Assembly: GCA_035534315.1 (NCBI GenBank) | Contig: DATLSD010000049.1 | Coordinates: 19,339 to 83,338, forward strand | DNA from: Elusimicrobiota bacterium | GTDB lineage: Bacteria > Elusimicrobiota > Elusimicrobia > UBA1565 > UBA9628 | Reading direction: 5' to 3' | Length of the DNA: 64,000 nt | Part shown: positions 17,620 through 25,856 of the stretch, one piece after another | How the letters are laid out: each line of letters starts with the position of its first letter | Position numbering within the stretch: position 1 is the stretch's first letter | Made by a program: the position numbers and the translations under genes | The notes under the pieces: model-generated | Told to the model about the DNA's origin: nothing | The model's database searches: none | What the model saw: only the letters and a program-made list of their open reading frames with translations

Positions 17620-18405
17620 TCAAATGGAGCGCAGGAGTCCGCCGTCCACCGTGAAGACCGCGCCGGTCACGTAGGAAGCCCGCTCCGAGCACAAGAACGC
17701 GGCCACGTCGCCGATTTCCCGCGGCGTGCCCATGCGCCCCATGGGCACCGCTTCTGATTTTTTCTTCAAGAAGGCTTCCTCGGTGATGCCCAGCGTCTTC
17801 GAGCGCTCGGCCGCGAGCTCGCGGGTCCGCTCGGTCAGAATCGAACCCGGGAGAATGGAGTTAATGAGCACGTTTTGCGCGGCCATCTCCCGCGCGGCGG
17901 TTTTCGAGAAGCCAATGACGCCCGGCCGCAGGGAGCTAGACAGCAGCAGCCCGTCGATGGGCTCCTTGACCGAGGTGGAGACGATGTTCACCACGCGGCC
18001 CCAGCGACGCTCGGCCATGCCGGGGACCACGGCCTTGGTCCAGCGCACAACCTGCATTAGGCAGCGCTCAAAGGCTTCTGCCCAATCTTTTTCGACCAGC
18101 GGATTGGCAAACGTGCCCGGCTTGGGTCCGCCGCAATTGTTGATCAGAATATCGAGGCGTCCGTAGCGTTTTTGGACCTCGGCCAAAAAGCGGCTCATCG
18201 ACGCCGGGTCGGTCACGTCGCAATCCTCGGCCAGGACTTGGGTTTTTGCGGCTAAATCCTTGCCCGCGCGCTCGATTTCGGCGCGGCGGCGGCCGCACAC
18301 GGCCAAAGAAGCTCCTTCCTCGGCCAGCGCTTGCGCGCAGCCAAGCCCGATGCCGGCGCTGGCACCCAAAACCGCGGCGATTTTTCCCTTCAAGCCCAAG
18401 TCCAT
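17620..18405 (-). CDS. SDR-family (FabG-like) protein with non-canonical active-site residues
   Basis: The SD AAGGAGG lies 6 nt upstream. It has the cofactor motif 'GASAGIGLG' and 'GVIGFSKTAAREMAAQNVLINSILPG', which aligns with FabG. At the YxxxK position the sequence reads S-S-S-L-R. Confidence 0.85.
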   Translation of the reverse strand: MDLGLKGKIAAVLGASAGIGLGCAQALAEEGASLAVCGRRRAEIERAGKDLAAKTQVLAEDCDVTDPASMSRFLAEVQKRYGRLDILINNCGGPKPGTFANPLVEKDWAEAFERCLMQVVRWTKAVVPGMAERRWGRVVNIVSTSVKEPIDGLLLSSSLRPGVIGFSKTAAREMAAQNVLINSILPGSILTERTRELAAERSKTLGITEEAFLKKKSEAVPMGRMGTPREIGDVAAFLCSERASYVTGAVFTVDGGLLRSI

Positions 18406-18441
18406 GCCCGTCCTCCTTTGCCGGCGCCGCTCGCGCCTGCG

Positions 18442-20430
18442 CTAAAACAAATCGTAGGGATCAACGTTGATGCTGCGCTTGACGCCCGAGGGAACAAGAC
18501 ACGCGCGCACGGCCGAGACGGCCCGATCGATTTCGCCCAACTCCGGGGTCTTGATGAGCAGATGATAGCGCGGCTTTCCCTGGGTCATGCGCACCACGGC
18601 AGGAGCGGGTCCCGTGATTTCATGCCCGGCCTGACTCAATTTGGCGCGCAGCTCCTCGGCGGTCTTCTCCGCCGCGCCCGAGACCACTTCTTCCGATTTC
18701 CCGCTCCACACCAGACGGATCAAGGTCGAGTGGGGGGGATATCCCAGGTGGCGGCGGGACAGAAGTTCCGCGTCCGCGAACGCGGCGTAGTCGCCGTCCA
18801 CCGTCTTGGCCACCGCCTCGTGCTCGGGCCTGAGGCTTTGCAGCACGACCTCGCCTTCCTTGCCGGCGCGGCCCGAGCGGCCGCTGACCTGCGCCAAAAG
18901 CTGCATCGCGCGCTCGGAGGCGCGGAAATCGGGCATATGGATCATCGAGTCCGCGTCGATGACGCCGACCAAAGTCACGTTGGGAAAATGGAAGCTCTTG
19001 GCCACGAGCTTCGTGCCGATCAAGATGTCGGCCTCGCCGGCCTTGAAGCGCTCGTAGATCCTCTCCTCTTTGGCGCGCAGGGTGTCCTGGTCCATTCTCA
19101 GCACCCGCGCGCCGGGCAGAACGCGCCGCAGTTCCGCCATGACCTTCTGCGTGCCCACGCCGGCCGCGCGCAGGCCCTGGTTCTTGCAGCGCGGGCAGGA
19201 CTGCGGCAGCGCCTCGCGGTGGGAGCAATGGTGGCAGCGCAGCTCGAAAAAAGCCCCGGAACCCGGCGCCTCGTGCTGAATTTGGGCGACGCCGCAGGAA
19301 GGGCAGCGCGCGACCCAGCCGCACTTGGGGCATAAAAGCACGGTCGAGAATCCCCGACGGTTGACCAGCAAAATAGACTGCTCCCGCCGGGCCAGCCGGA
19401 TTTTCACGCTCTCCAGAAGTTGGTTGGAGAGCGCTTGGCCCGCAGGGATGGGCACCACCGAGACCCTGGGCCTGGCCGAGGCAGCCACGCGTTCGGGCAT
19501 ATCGAGGAAGTGGACGGCGCCCTGGCGCGCCATCTTCCAGGACTCCAAGGACGGCGTGGCCGAACCCAAAACCAAGAGCGCGTTCCAGGACTGCGCGCGG
19601 TGAAAGGCCAGTTCGCGCGCGTGGTAGTAGGGCGACTGTCCCTCCTGCTTGAAGGACTCGTCCTGCTCCTCGTCCAAGACCGCCAGGCGCAGATCCTTGA
19701 AGGGCAAGAGAGCCGCCGAGCGTGCGCCCACCACCACCTTGATCTCGCCGGAGGCCAAGCCCAACCACGCCTCGCGCCGCTGGCGCGGGGTCAGCCGGCT
19801 GTGCCATAGGGCCACGGGCACGCCCAAAGACGCGGAGAACTCGTCGAAAAAAGGCAGGGTCAAGGAAATTTCCGGCAGAAGAAAAAGAGCCTGCCCGCCG
19901 TCTTCAACCGCGCGGCGGATGAGTCGCAGATAAACCTCGGTCTTTCCCGAGGCCGGCACGCCGTAGAGAAGCACGCCCGAGAATTTTCTTTGCGCCAGAC
20001 GCTCGCCTAAAAACTCCACCGCCCGATTCTGCCCTGGAGTCAGCACGAAGGGCGCTTGCGGCGACTGAGCAGCCGCGTCCCGCGTCGCCGCCGGCTCCAG
20101 GCCGTGAGCGCGGCGCGCGGAGGTCTTGACGAAAGAGGGCAGCACCGACTTTATGCACTCACCGATGGGCGCGGCGTAGCGCCGGGACATCCAGACCGCG
20201 CACTCTAAAAGCTCGCGGGGCAAAATGGGCTCCGCATCGACGAGCGAGCCCAGACTCTTCAAGGGCCGCTGCGGCTCGCCGTCAAAGAGCGAGACCACAG
20301 TGCCCACCGCGATCCGGGGCCCGAACGGCGCCCGGACCCGGCAACCAGCCGAGACCGGCATGCTTTCCGGGACGAGGTAGTGGAATCCTTGGGGAAGGGG
20401 GACGGGAAACGCGACTTCAGCGATTTTCAC
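18442..20430 (-). CDS. priA: primosomal protein N' (replication restart helicase PriA)
   Basis: 662 aa with a GTG start. It has the Walker A 'GVPASGKTEVY', 'DEEQD', and a Cys-rich zinc region 'CPKCGWVARCPSCGV...CHHCSH...CPRC'. Confidence 0.93.
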   Translation of the reverse strand: MKIAEVAFPVPLPQGFHYLVPESMPVSAGCRVRAPFGPRIAVGTVVSLFDGEPQRPLKSLGSLVDAEPILPRELLECAVWMSRRYAAPIGECIKSVLPSFVKTSARRAHGLEPAATRDAAAQSPQAPFVLTPGQNRAVEFLGERLAQRKFSGVLLYGVPASGKTEVYLRLIRRAVEDGGQALFLLPEISLTLPFFDEFSASLGVPVALWHSRLTPRQRREAWLGLASGEIKVVVGARSAALLPFKDLRLAVLDEEQDESFKQEGQSPYYHARELAFHRAQSWNALLVLGSATPSLESWKMARQGAVHFLDMPERVAASARPRVSVVPIPAGQALSNQLLESVKIRLARREQSILLVNRRGFSTVLLCPKCGWVARCPSCGVAQIQHEAPGSGAFFELRCHHCSHREALPQSCPRCKNQGLRAAGVGTQKVMAELRRVLPGARVLRMDQDTLRAKEERIYERFKAGEADILIGTKLVAKSFHFPNVTLVGVIDADSMIHMPDFRASERAMQLLAQVSGRSGRAGKEGEVVLQSLRPEHEAVAKTVDGDYAAFADAELLSRRHLGYPPHSTLIRLVWSGKSEEVVSGAAEKTAEELRAKLSQAGHEITGPAPAVVRMTQGKPRYHLLIKTPELGEIDRAVSAVRACLVPSGVKRSINVDPYDLF

Positions 20431-20477
20431 GAAGACTTAGCGCGCCGCAACACAATCTTCCTTAATGCGGCCCAGTA

Positions 20478-21314
20478 CTAGGCGCCTCCGGCGCCCAGTA
20501 ATTCCTGCCGCAGGGCCTTCATGTCGGTCCAGACGTCTTTTTTCCAGTTGGGGTTGCGCAGGAGAGCGGCGGGGTGGTAGGTAGGCAGCAGCTTGAAGGT
20601 TTTTCCGTCAGGCAAAGAATAGCTCATCCAGGTGCCGCGAACCCTGGACAGGCCTTCGGACTGCGGCGCCAAGACGCGCAGGGCGGATGCGCCCAGGGCC
20701 ACGATAATGTCCGGGGAAATGACTCTCAGCTGCCGCTGCAGAAAGGGCAGGCAGGTCTCGGTCTCCTCGGGTGTCGGCGGCCGGTCGTTGCCGCGCAAGT
20801 CGGGGTTGGTCGGATCCTTCATGGGGTGGCACTTGACCACATTGGCGATATAAACGGTCTCGCGCGAGAGCCCGATGGAAGCCAAGATTTTATCCAGAAG
20901 CTTGCCCGCCGGGCCCACGAAAGGTTCGCCCTTGCGGTCTTCCTGGTAGCCCGGTCCCTCGCCTATAAAGACCACGCGCGCCTCAGGCGATCCCACGCCG
21001 GGAACGGCCTGGATGCGGGACTTGCCCAGAGGACAGCGGCGGCACGCCTTTATTTCGGCAGCTAAAGCATCCAAGGCCGCGTGCTTGCCCGCCGCGTTCT
21101 GAACAGAGTCGGTCATTAACGCCTTGTGGGGAACGCTCATTTTTGAATTAACGGTAGCCGAGACCTCGACAGCGGCAGTTGCCTGAGCCGATTCGGCCTT
21201 CGACGCCGGAATGCGCCCGAAGCTCGCCTCGGCTTCACCGGGAATCTCCAGCCGGGCGCGCAGTTCGCGCGTCAGGTCCAGCAATTCCCGGGCTGCGTTC
21301 TTGGGTTGGGCCAC
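20478..21314 (-). CDS. uracil-DNA glycosylase, family 4
   Basis: 'CRRCPLGKSR', 'GEGPGYQEDRKGEPFVGPAGKLLDKIL' and 'HPAALLRNP'. The N-terminal extension is about 90 aa and the start codon is uncertain. Confidence 0.85.
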   Translation of the reverse strand: MAQPKNAARELLDLTRELRARLEIPGEAEASFGRIPASKAESAQATAAVEVSATVNSKMSVPHKALMTDSVQNAAGKHAALDALAAEIKACRRCPLGKSRIQAVPGVGSPEARVVFIGEGPGYQEDRKGEPFVGPAGKLLDKILASIGLSRETVYIANVVKCHPMKDPTNPDLRGNDRPPTPEETETCLPFLQRQLRVISPDIIVALGASALRVLAPQSEGLSRVRGTWMSYSLPDGKTFKLLPTYHPAALLRNPNWKKDVWTDMKALRQELLGAGGA

Positions 21315-21330
21315 GGCAGAAGGCCGAGGC

Positions 21331-21642
21331 TCAAGCCGTCCCGTTTTTTTCCGAAGCGCCGTTAACGGCGGGGGAGAGAAGCTCCGGCGTCTGGGCCGTG
21401 GCCTTGTTGACTTCCTTCCAGGTCACCTCACCCGAGAGCACATCCTTCAGGGCCATCTCCAAAAGCTGGTTGGCGGTGAGGTGCCGGTTCTCCTCCCTGT
21501 GGCGGAGCACCTTGGCCCAGGCCGAAGCGACGGGGACGACGGCGTATTTCTCCCCGCGGTAGTCAAGAATGAGCTCCTCTAGGCTTTTGGATTTGGCCGA
21601 CTCCTCGTTTTCAGGCGCTTCCTTCGCTGCTTTCTTGCTCAT
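21331..21642 (-). CDS. rpoZ: probable RNA polymerase omega subunit (divergent RpoZ-like)
   Basis: I chose the ATG at 21642, with the SD GGGAGG 5 nt upstream, rather than the 21768 start in the track. The gene sits immediately downstream of gmk, which is the conserved gmk-rpoZ synteny. There is loose similarity to the omega core ('EKYAVVPVASAWAKVL', 'EMALKDVLSGEV'). Confidence 0.5.
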   Translation of the reverse strand: MSKKAAKEAPENEESAKSKSLEELILDYRGEKYAVVPVASAWAKVLRHREENRHLTANQLLEMALKDVLSGEVTWKEVNKATAQTPELLSPAVNGASEKNGTA

Positions 21643-21661
21643 TCGTCCTCCCGCTGAATTT

Positions 21662-22258
21662 TTAAAGAGAAACCAAATCGGCGGCCCGTCCCCGGCCCGC
21701 TTTAAGTCCTTCCGCGGTGATGATGCTGTCCACCTGCGCCACGGCCTTGTCCAAATCATCGTTGACAACGATGTAGTCGTATTTCTCCGCGGCCTCTACT
21801 TCCTCCCTAGCCGCGGCTAGGCGCTTCTTGATGGACGCCGGAGCCTCGTGCCTGGCGGCCAGCCGTTTCTTGAGCGACTCCCACGTCGGCGGCTGGACGA
21901 AGATCAAGACCGCGTCCGGGATGCGCCGCCGCACGGCGAAAGCGCCCTGCACATCGATGGCCAAAAGCACGTTCAAACCGCCCTCCGTCTTTTCATCGAT
22001 GAAGCGTCTGGGAGTTCCGTAATACTCGCCATGGACCATGGCCCATTCGAGAAACTCGCCGTGGTGAATTTTTTTCTTAAACTCCTCGCGGCCAAGAAAA
22101 AAATAGTGCCGGCCGTGCTTCTCGTCCTTCCTGGGCAGCCGCGTCGTGCACGAGACCGACGGCACGCAGTCGCGGCGCTTATGTAGGATCTCCCGGCAGA
22201 TGGTGGATTTGCCTGTCCCGGAAGGGGCGGACAAAATGACGACCATGCCTTTTCGCAT
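21662..22258 (-). CDS. gmk: guanylate kinase
   Basis: P-loop 'SAPSGTGKSTI', 'TTRLPRKDEKHGRHYFF' and 'EWAMVHGEYYGT'. Confidence 0.93.
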   Translation of the reverse strand: MRKGMVVILSAPSGTGKSTICREILHKRRDCVPSVSCTTRLPRKDEKHGRHYFFLGREEFKKKIHHGEFLEWAMVHGEYYGTPRRFIDEKTEGGLNVLLAIDVQGAFAVRRRIPDAVLIFVQPPTWESLKKRLAARHEAPASIKKRLAAAREEVEAAEKYDYIVVNDDLDKAVAQVDSIITAEGLKAGRGRAADLVSL

Positions 22259-22358
22259 TGCTTGGTCTAGGCATTATAAGATATTCGCGTCTCTAAAGAC
22301 AAGCCGCGATGGACGCCCTGTCGAACGCGCGCGGCGCGCGAACTGGTAAAATAGCTGC

Positions 22359-23243
22359 GTGAAAGCGCGGATCGGCAAAACAATGGCTGGCGCCTTCTTC
22401 GCCTGCATGGCGGCCGCAGTCTGGGGCGCCGCCCAGCCCGCCGACTTCATGTCTCCCCATGCCGGGCAATGGGACTTGGATATTTCCGAGATGACAGGAT
22501 TCATCGATGGGCACAGCGCGGTCGAGGTGCGCGAGAACCAGGTCCCCGGAACGATTCTGCGCTATTCCAATTTGGGGCTGGGCCTTTCCGAGGCGCCCGA
22601 CGCCCGCATACGCTACTGGATCAACCCCAGAAACGCGATCTGGCTTGAGGGCCGCGCCGCCATCATTCGGGGAAGCGGGAGTCTTAACGCGCCGGCCAAT
22701 TTTAACGGCGCGACCATGTCCGGCGGGCAAACTTTGGACGCGCAAGCCGACGTCTACACGTTCCGAGCGGCCTACCAACGGCGTTTTCCCGAGACAACCT
22801 TCTGGGATTGGAGTTTAGGCGCCGGCCTGGAATACGACTACCTCAATTTCACTCTCGACAACGGAAGCGCCGCGACTCTTCCCGGAAAGGCGGGGGCGGG
22901 CACGGTCGAGGATTTCTACATGCAGGAGCTTCCCGTGCCGTTTCTCATGGTCTCAACAGATTGGCGGGCCGCGCCGGCATGGGTCCTGGAATTTTCCCAA
23001 CAGGGTTCCTGGATCAATCGCTGGGATTGCCTGCGCTCGGAAGGCGGCGAAGTCTATTTGTCCCAATCTAATCTGGAAACGCGCGTCCGCGTTTTCTACG
23101 CGGGGAGCGCGCTGGGAGCCATACATCCGTTCGCGGGCATATTCCTGGACTATTATTACCAGCTCGAGAACTCTGCCGAGGACGGCAACCGCGTCGCCTT
23201 CCTGTCCTGGGGCCCTGAACTGGGCCTGCGCTGGAGCTTCTAA
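22359..23243 (+). CDS. putative outer-membrane beta-barrel protein
   Basis: Signal-peptide-like 'GAFFACMAAAVWGAAQP', alternating aromatic and hydrophilic beta-strand patterns, and a terminal 'GLRWSF' (C-terminal Phe). The start may be the GTG at 22359 or the ATG at 22383. Confidence 0.65.
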   Translation: MKARIGKTMAGAFFACMAAAVWGAAQPADFMSPHAGQWDLDISEMTGFIDGHSAVEVRENQVPGTILRYSNLGLGLSEAPDARIRYWINPRNAIWLEGRAAIIRGSGSLNAPANFNGATMSGGQTLDAQADVYTFRAAYQRRFPETTFWDWSLGAGLEYDYLNFTLDNGSAATLPGKAGAGTVEDFYMQELPVPFLMVSTDWRAAPAWVLEFSQQGSWINRWDCLRSEGGEVYLSQSNLETRVRVFYAGSALGAIHPFAGIFLDYYYQLENSAEDGNRVAFLSWGPELGLRWSF

Positions 23244-24100
23244 AGAGCCCGCGCCGGAGGCAGCTCGTTCTTGAGCGCGGCCTTTTCCAAATCCTTCACC
23301 AGCTTGTCGCGCGCGGCCTCGAACACCAGCCTCAGGCGCACGGATTTTTTCGAGCGTTCCGCCTTGGGGAGTTTTTTAAGCGCCTTGCGATTGCGGTCGC
23401 CCAGCGCCCACCAGCGCCACACCACGCGGCCGTTCTTGGCGCTGACTAGCTCGGCTTTGAGGATGACCGGCGTGAAGATCTTATCAAGCAGAAAAACGCC
23501 GCCGATATCCTCGCTGGCTTCCTGCAGCGCCTCCTCGCCGCCCACGGCCATGGCCGCTGGCGCGCTTCCCGTCGCTTCCGCGACCACGACGCCCTGAACC
23601 ACGCCCTCAAGCATGCCTTCGCTCAAAAGCAGGAGCATCCAGCGCCGCTTGATGCGGCCGTAACCCAGCACCGTCACGCGCAAAAACGCGTCGGCCTTCA
23701 GCGCCTTGCCCAGGGACTCAAGCTCGGGCGCGTCAAGCCGCGCGGCCGTACTCAGGGAAAGCGCGCTTATCGCGTCGGCCACGGCGGCGGAGTCGATGGG
23801 CGCGAAAAAATAGCTGTCCCTAAGCCGGGCGGCGAAAGAATCGGTGACGAACCGGGAGAGCTCCGACACCTTCAAGCGGACAGATTCTTTCTCCTGCGCC
23901 GAGGACAGGCGTTCTTTCGAGGAGACCTTCTCGACCTCATTAAGGTTCCTGATGCGGACCGCGAAGCGCGCGGGCAGGACGGCCACCGAAAGCTTGCGCG
24001 GAGGCCGAACATACACGCCGCGTTTGGCCCAAGTGGCGCAGCCGCCAAGCAGTCCGGCCGATAAAGCTAACGCCGCGGCCGCGAGCCTTTCGCGTTTCAA
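23240..24100 (-). CDS. hypothetical lipoprotein
   Basis: TTG start in a TTGA overlap with the PAP2 stop. It has the lipobox 'LLGGC' and a 'VAVLPARF' segment reminiscent of LpoB/CsgG-like lipoproteins. Confidence 0.7.
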   Translation of the reverse strand: MKRERLAAAALALSAGLLGGCATWAKRGVYVRPPRKLSVAVLPARFAVRIRNLNEVEKVSSKERLSSAQEKESVRLKVSELSRFVTDSFAARLRDSYFFAPIDSAAVADAISALSLSTAARLDAPELESLGKALKADAFLRVTVLGYGRIKRRWMLLLLSEGMLEGVVQGVVVAEATGSAPAAMAVGGEEALQEASEDIGGVFLLDKIFTPVILKAELVSAKNGRVVWRWWALGDRNRKALKKLPKAERSKKSVRLRLVFEAARDKLVKDLEKAALKNELPPARAL

Positions 24101-24723
24101 CGAAACCGGTAGCGCACGCCGACGGCGACGCTGTCGGGCATAATGCTCAGGATGAAAGGCTCCTTGAGTTTGCGGACCAGGTAGCCGCTCAAGGCGCCCA
24201 CGGCCGCCCCGGCCAGAACGTCGGTCTGCCAGTGGGCGTGGGCCTTCATCCGCGCGGCCATGTCGAAAACCGGCAGCGCCGCCAGAGCATAAATCGCGGG
24301 ATGATCATCGTGATATTCCAGGATGAGCGGAGTGACCAGAGAAGAGACGGTGGAAACGTCCCCGCTGGGGAAGCTCTGCGAGTGCGGCCCCTTGAACCAT
24401 TCGTTGGGGTCCCCGGTCTGGCTCGGCCGCTCCCGCTGGAAAGTGAGCTTCATCGCCTGCACCGTGATTCCGGACAGGGCGTCGGCGTCGAGGCATTGCC
24501 AGAGAGTCTTTCCCAGCCGATCGTTGCCGCCTTCCCAAAAAGCGCCCAGGGCGGCCGCCGCCGTCAATCCGGCCGGGAAATCGGGGGACTTGGCCACGGC
24601 CCAAACGCCGTTGTTATCCTCGCTCACGCGCTGATCGATAAACGACATTCCCGCGGCACGGCAAGTTCGCGCCGCGCCGAAGACTAAAGCGGCTGCCAGC
24701 AGCGCACGCCTTAAATCACTCAC
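24097..24723 (-). CDS. PAP2-superfamily phosphatase-like membrane/periplasmic protein (motif 2 His replaced by Asp)
   Basis: Motif 1 'KLTFQRERP' (Kx6RP), motif 2 'PSGD' where PSGH is expected, and motif 3 'RMKAHAHWQTD' (Rx5Hx3D). Confidence 0.8.
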   Translation of the reverse strand: MSDLRRALLAAALVFGAARTCRAAGMSFIDQRVSEDNNGVWAVAKSPDFPAGLTAAAALGAFWEGGNDRLGKTLWQCLDADALSGITVQAMKLTFQRERPSQTGDPNEWFKGPHSQSFPSGDVSTVSSLVTPLILEYHDDHPAIYALAALPVFDMAARMKAHAHWQTDVLAGAAVGALSGYLVRKLKEPFILSIMPDSVAVGVRYRFR

Positions 24724-24741
24724 CGTTCAACGCCGCGAACT

Positions 24742-25269
24742 TTAGGATTTGGCGGCTTGGCTGGGAACGGACGCCCAGGCTTTTTTAGCGGCCGGGGTGA
24801 GCGCGTCCATGTGCTTCAAGAACAGGGAGAGCTGCCAAATCTCCGTCGAGCTCAGGGTATGTCCGAAAGAAGGCATGCCGGTCATGCGGATGCCGTGGTA
24901 AACTTTCCAATAAGTGTAGCCTTCCGGATCGTCCTCCACGCCGTCCTTGGCAAGCTGGGGCGGCTTCTGGTAGAGCCCCATCGCGACGTTGGAGGCTTTC
25001 CCGTCTATGGCGCCGTGGCAGACGGCGCAGTCGCGGGCGTAAAGCTTGATGCCGGCCAGGAGGTTCTCGTTGTCAAGCTTCACCGGATTGGGCCCGCGAG
25101 GCGCCTCTCGCCGGATGGTCGCGTGCAAAGACGTATGCGCCGCCCAAGTCTCCAGCGCGGAGGGCGTTGCGTCCGCGTTGGCGGGCACCAGCCCGAAATG
25201 CACGGCTGTCAGCGCCGCCAACGCTCCCAAAACGACAACTCCAACCGCCCCTGTGACGATCCCTTTCAT
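24742..25269 (-). CDS. membrane-anchored mono-haem c-type cytochrome
   Basis: I chose the ATG at 25269, with AGGAGG 6 nt upstream. It has the N-terminal TM 'VTGAVGVVVLGALAALTAV', a single CxxCH ('CAVCHG') and a downstream 'MTGMPSF' carrying a candidate Met ligand. Confidence 0.8.
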   Translation of the reverse strand: MKGIVTGAVGVVVLGALAALTAVHFGLVPANADATPSALETWAAHTSLHATIRREAPRGPNPVKLDNENLLAGIKLYARDCAVCHGAIDGKASNVAMGLYQKPPQLAKDGVEDDPEGYTYWKVYHGIRMTGMPSFGHTLSSTEIWQLSLFLKHMDALTPAAKKAWASVPSQAAKS

Positions 25270-25367
25270 GTTCCGCCTCCTCATATTCTAAACGATGCCG
25301 CCTCGAATAAATTCCGAACTAAGCTCATCATAGAAAATTAAAACTTCGATTTTGTAAACTGCTCGCA

Positions 25368-25757
25368 ATGCCAATGCTAGTCCGCGGCGCCCGTTGTCTG
25401 CGATTGCTCCTGCTGGCCGCTCTACTGGGCCAGGCCCAGGTTCCCATCGCCCTTCTGCAGACCTTCGCCTGGGGCCGCATGGCCTGGCGCTATTCCCGGA
25501 CCCACTCCGCGCAGCGCGCCATGGCCATGACCTTCGATGGGAAACACCCCTGCTCCCTTTGTCTCAAAATCCGTAAAAGCGTCCAGCCGACAAAAACAGT
25601 CGCGGCCAGGCCGTTCTCGTCTTACGCGCCGTTTTTCCCGCCTCGAACGTTTCATTCAGCCGCCGCTCTCGCGCAGACGAATCTCGCGCCTTCGGGCGGT
25701 TTCTCCGAATCGCCTTCCTTTGCCGGGACGCTCTCTCCTCCGCCTAAAGCCGCGTGA
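25368..25757 (+). CDS. small hypothetical exported protein with CxxC motif
   Basis: 129 aa with the hydrophobic N-terminus 'LRLLLLAALLG' and 'FDGKHPCSLCLK'. The C-terminus is Pro/Ser/Ala-rich. GC3-rich codon usage is consistent with coding. Confidence 0.5.
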   Translation: MPMLVRGARCLRLLLLAALLGQAQVPIALLQTFAWGRMAWRYSRTHSAQRAMAMTFDGKHPCSLCLKIRKSVQPTKTVAARPFSSYAPFFPPRTFHSAAALAQTNLAPSGGFSESPSFAGTLSPPPKAA

Positions 25758-25856
25758 AGCCCGCCTTCCAACAATCCGTTCCCGTGCGCGATTAGCGCGG
25801 TCGCAGTCCGCTTAATCGCCCGATGACTTACTTACGATTTATTCCAAGGAGCTTTT

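Noticed and set aside
18331-19807. 334-aa (+) and 395-aa (-, alternate frame) ORFs inside priA
   Set aside because: Both overlap the PriA frame, which carries the Walker A, DEEQ and Zn-finger motifs. Their composition is Arg/Gly/Pro-biased and non-protein-like.
25788-25819. Imperfect inverted repeat GCGATTAGC-n13-GCTTAATCGC upstream of the CxCxC OMP gene, considered as an operator or riboswitch
   Set aside because: The arms are imperfect, with one extra base. There is no further conserved structure and no recognisable riboswitch core. It cannot be distinguished from chance in GC-rich DNA without comparative data.
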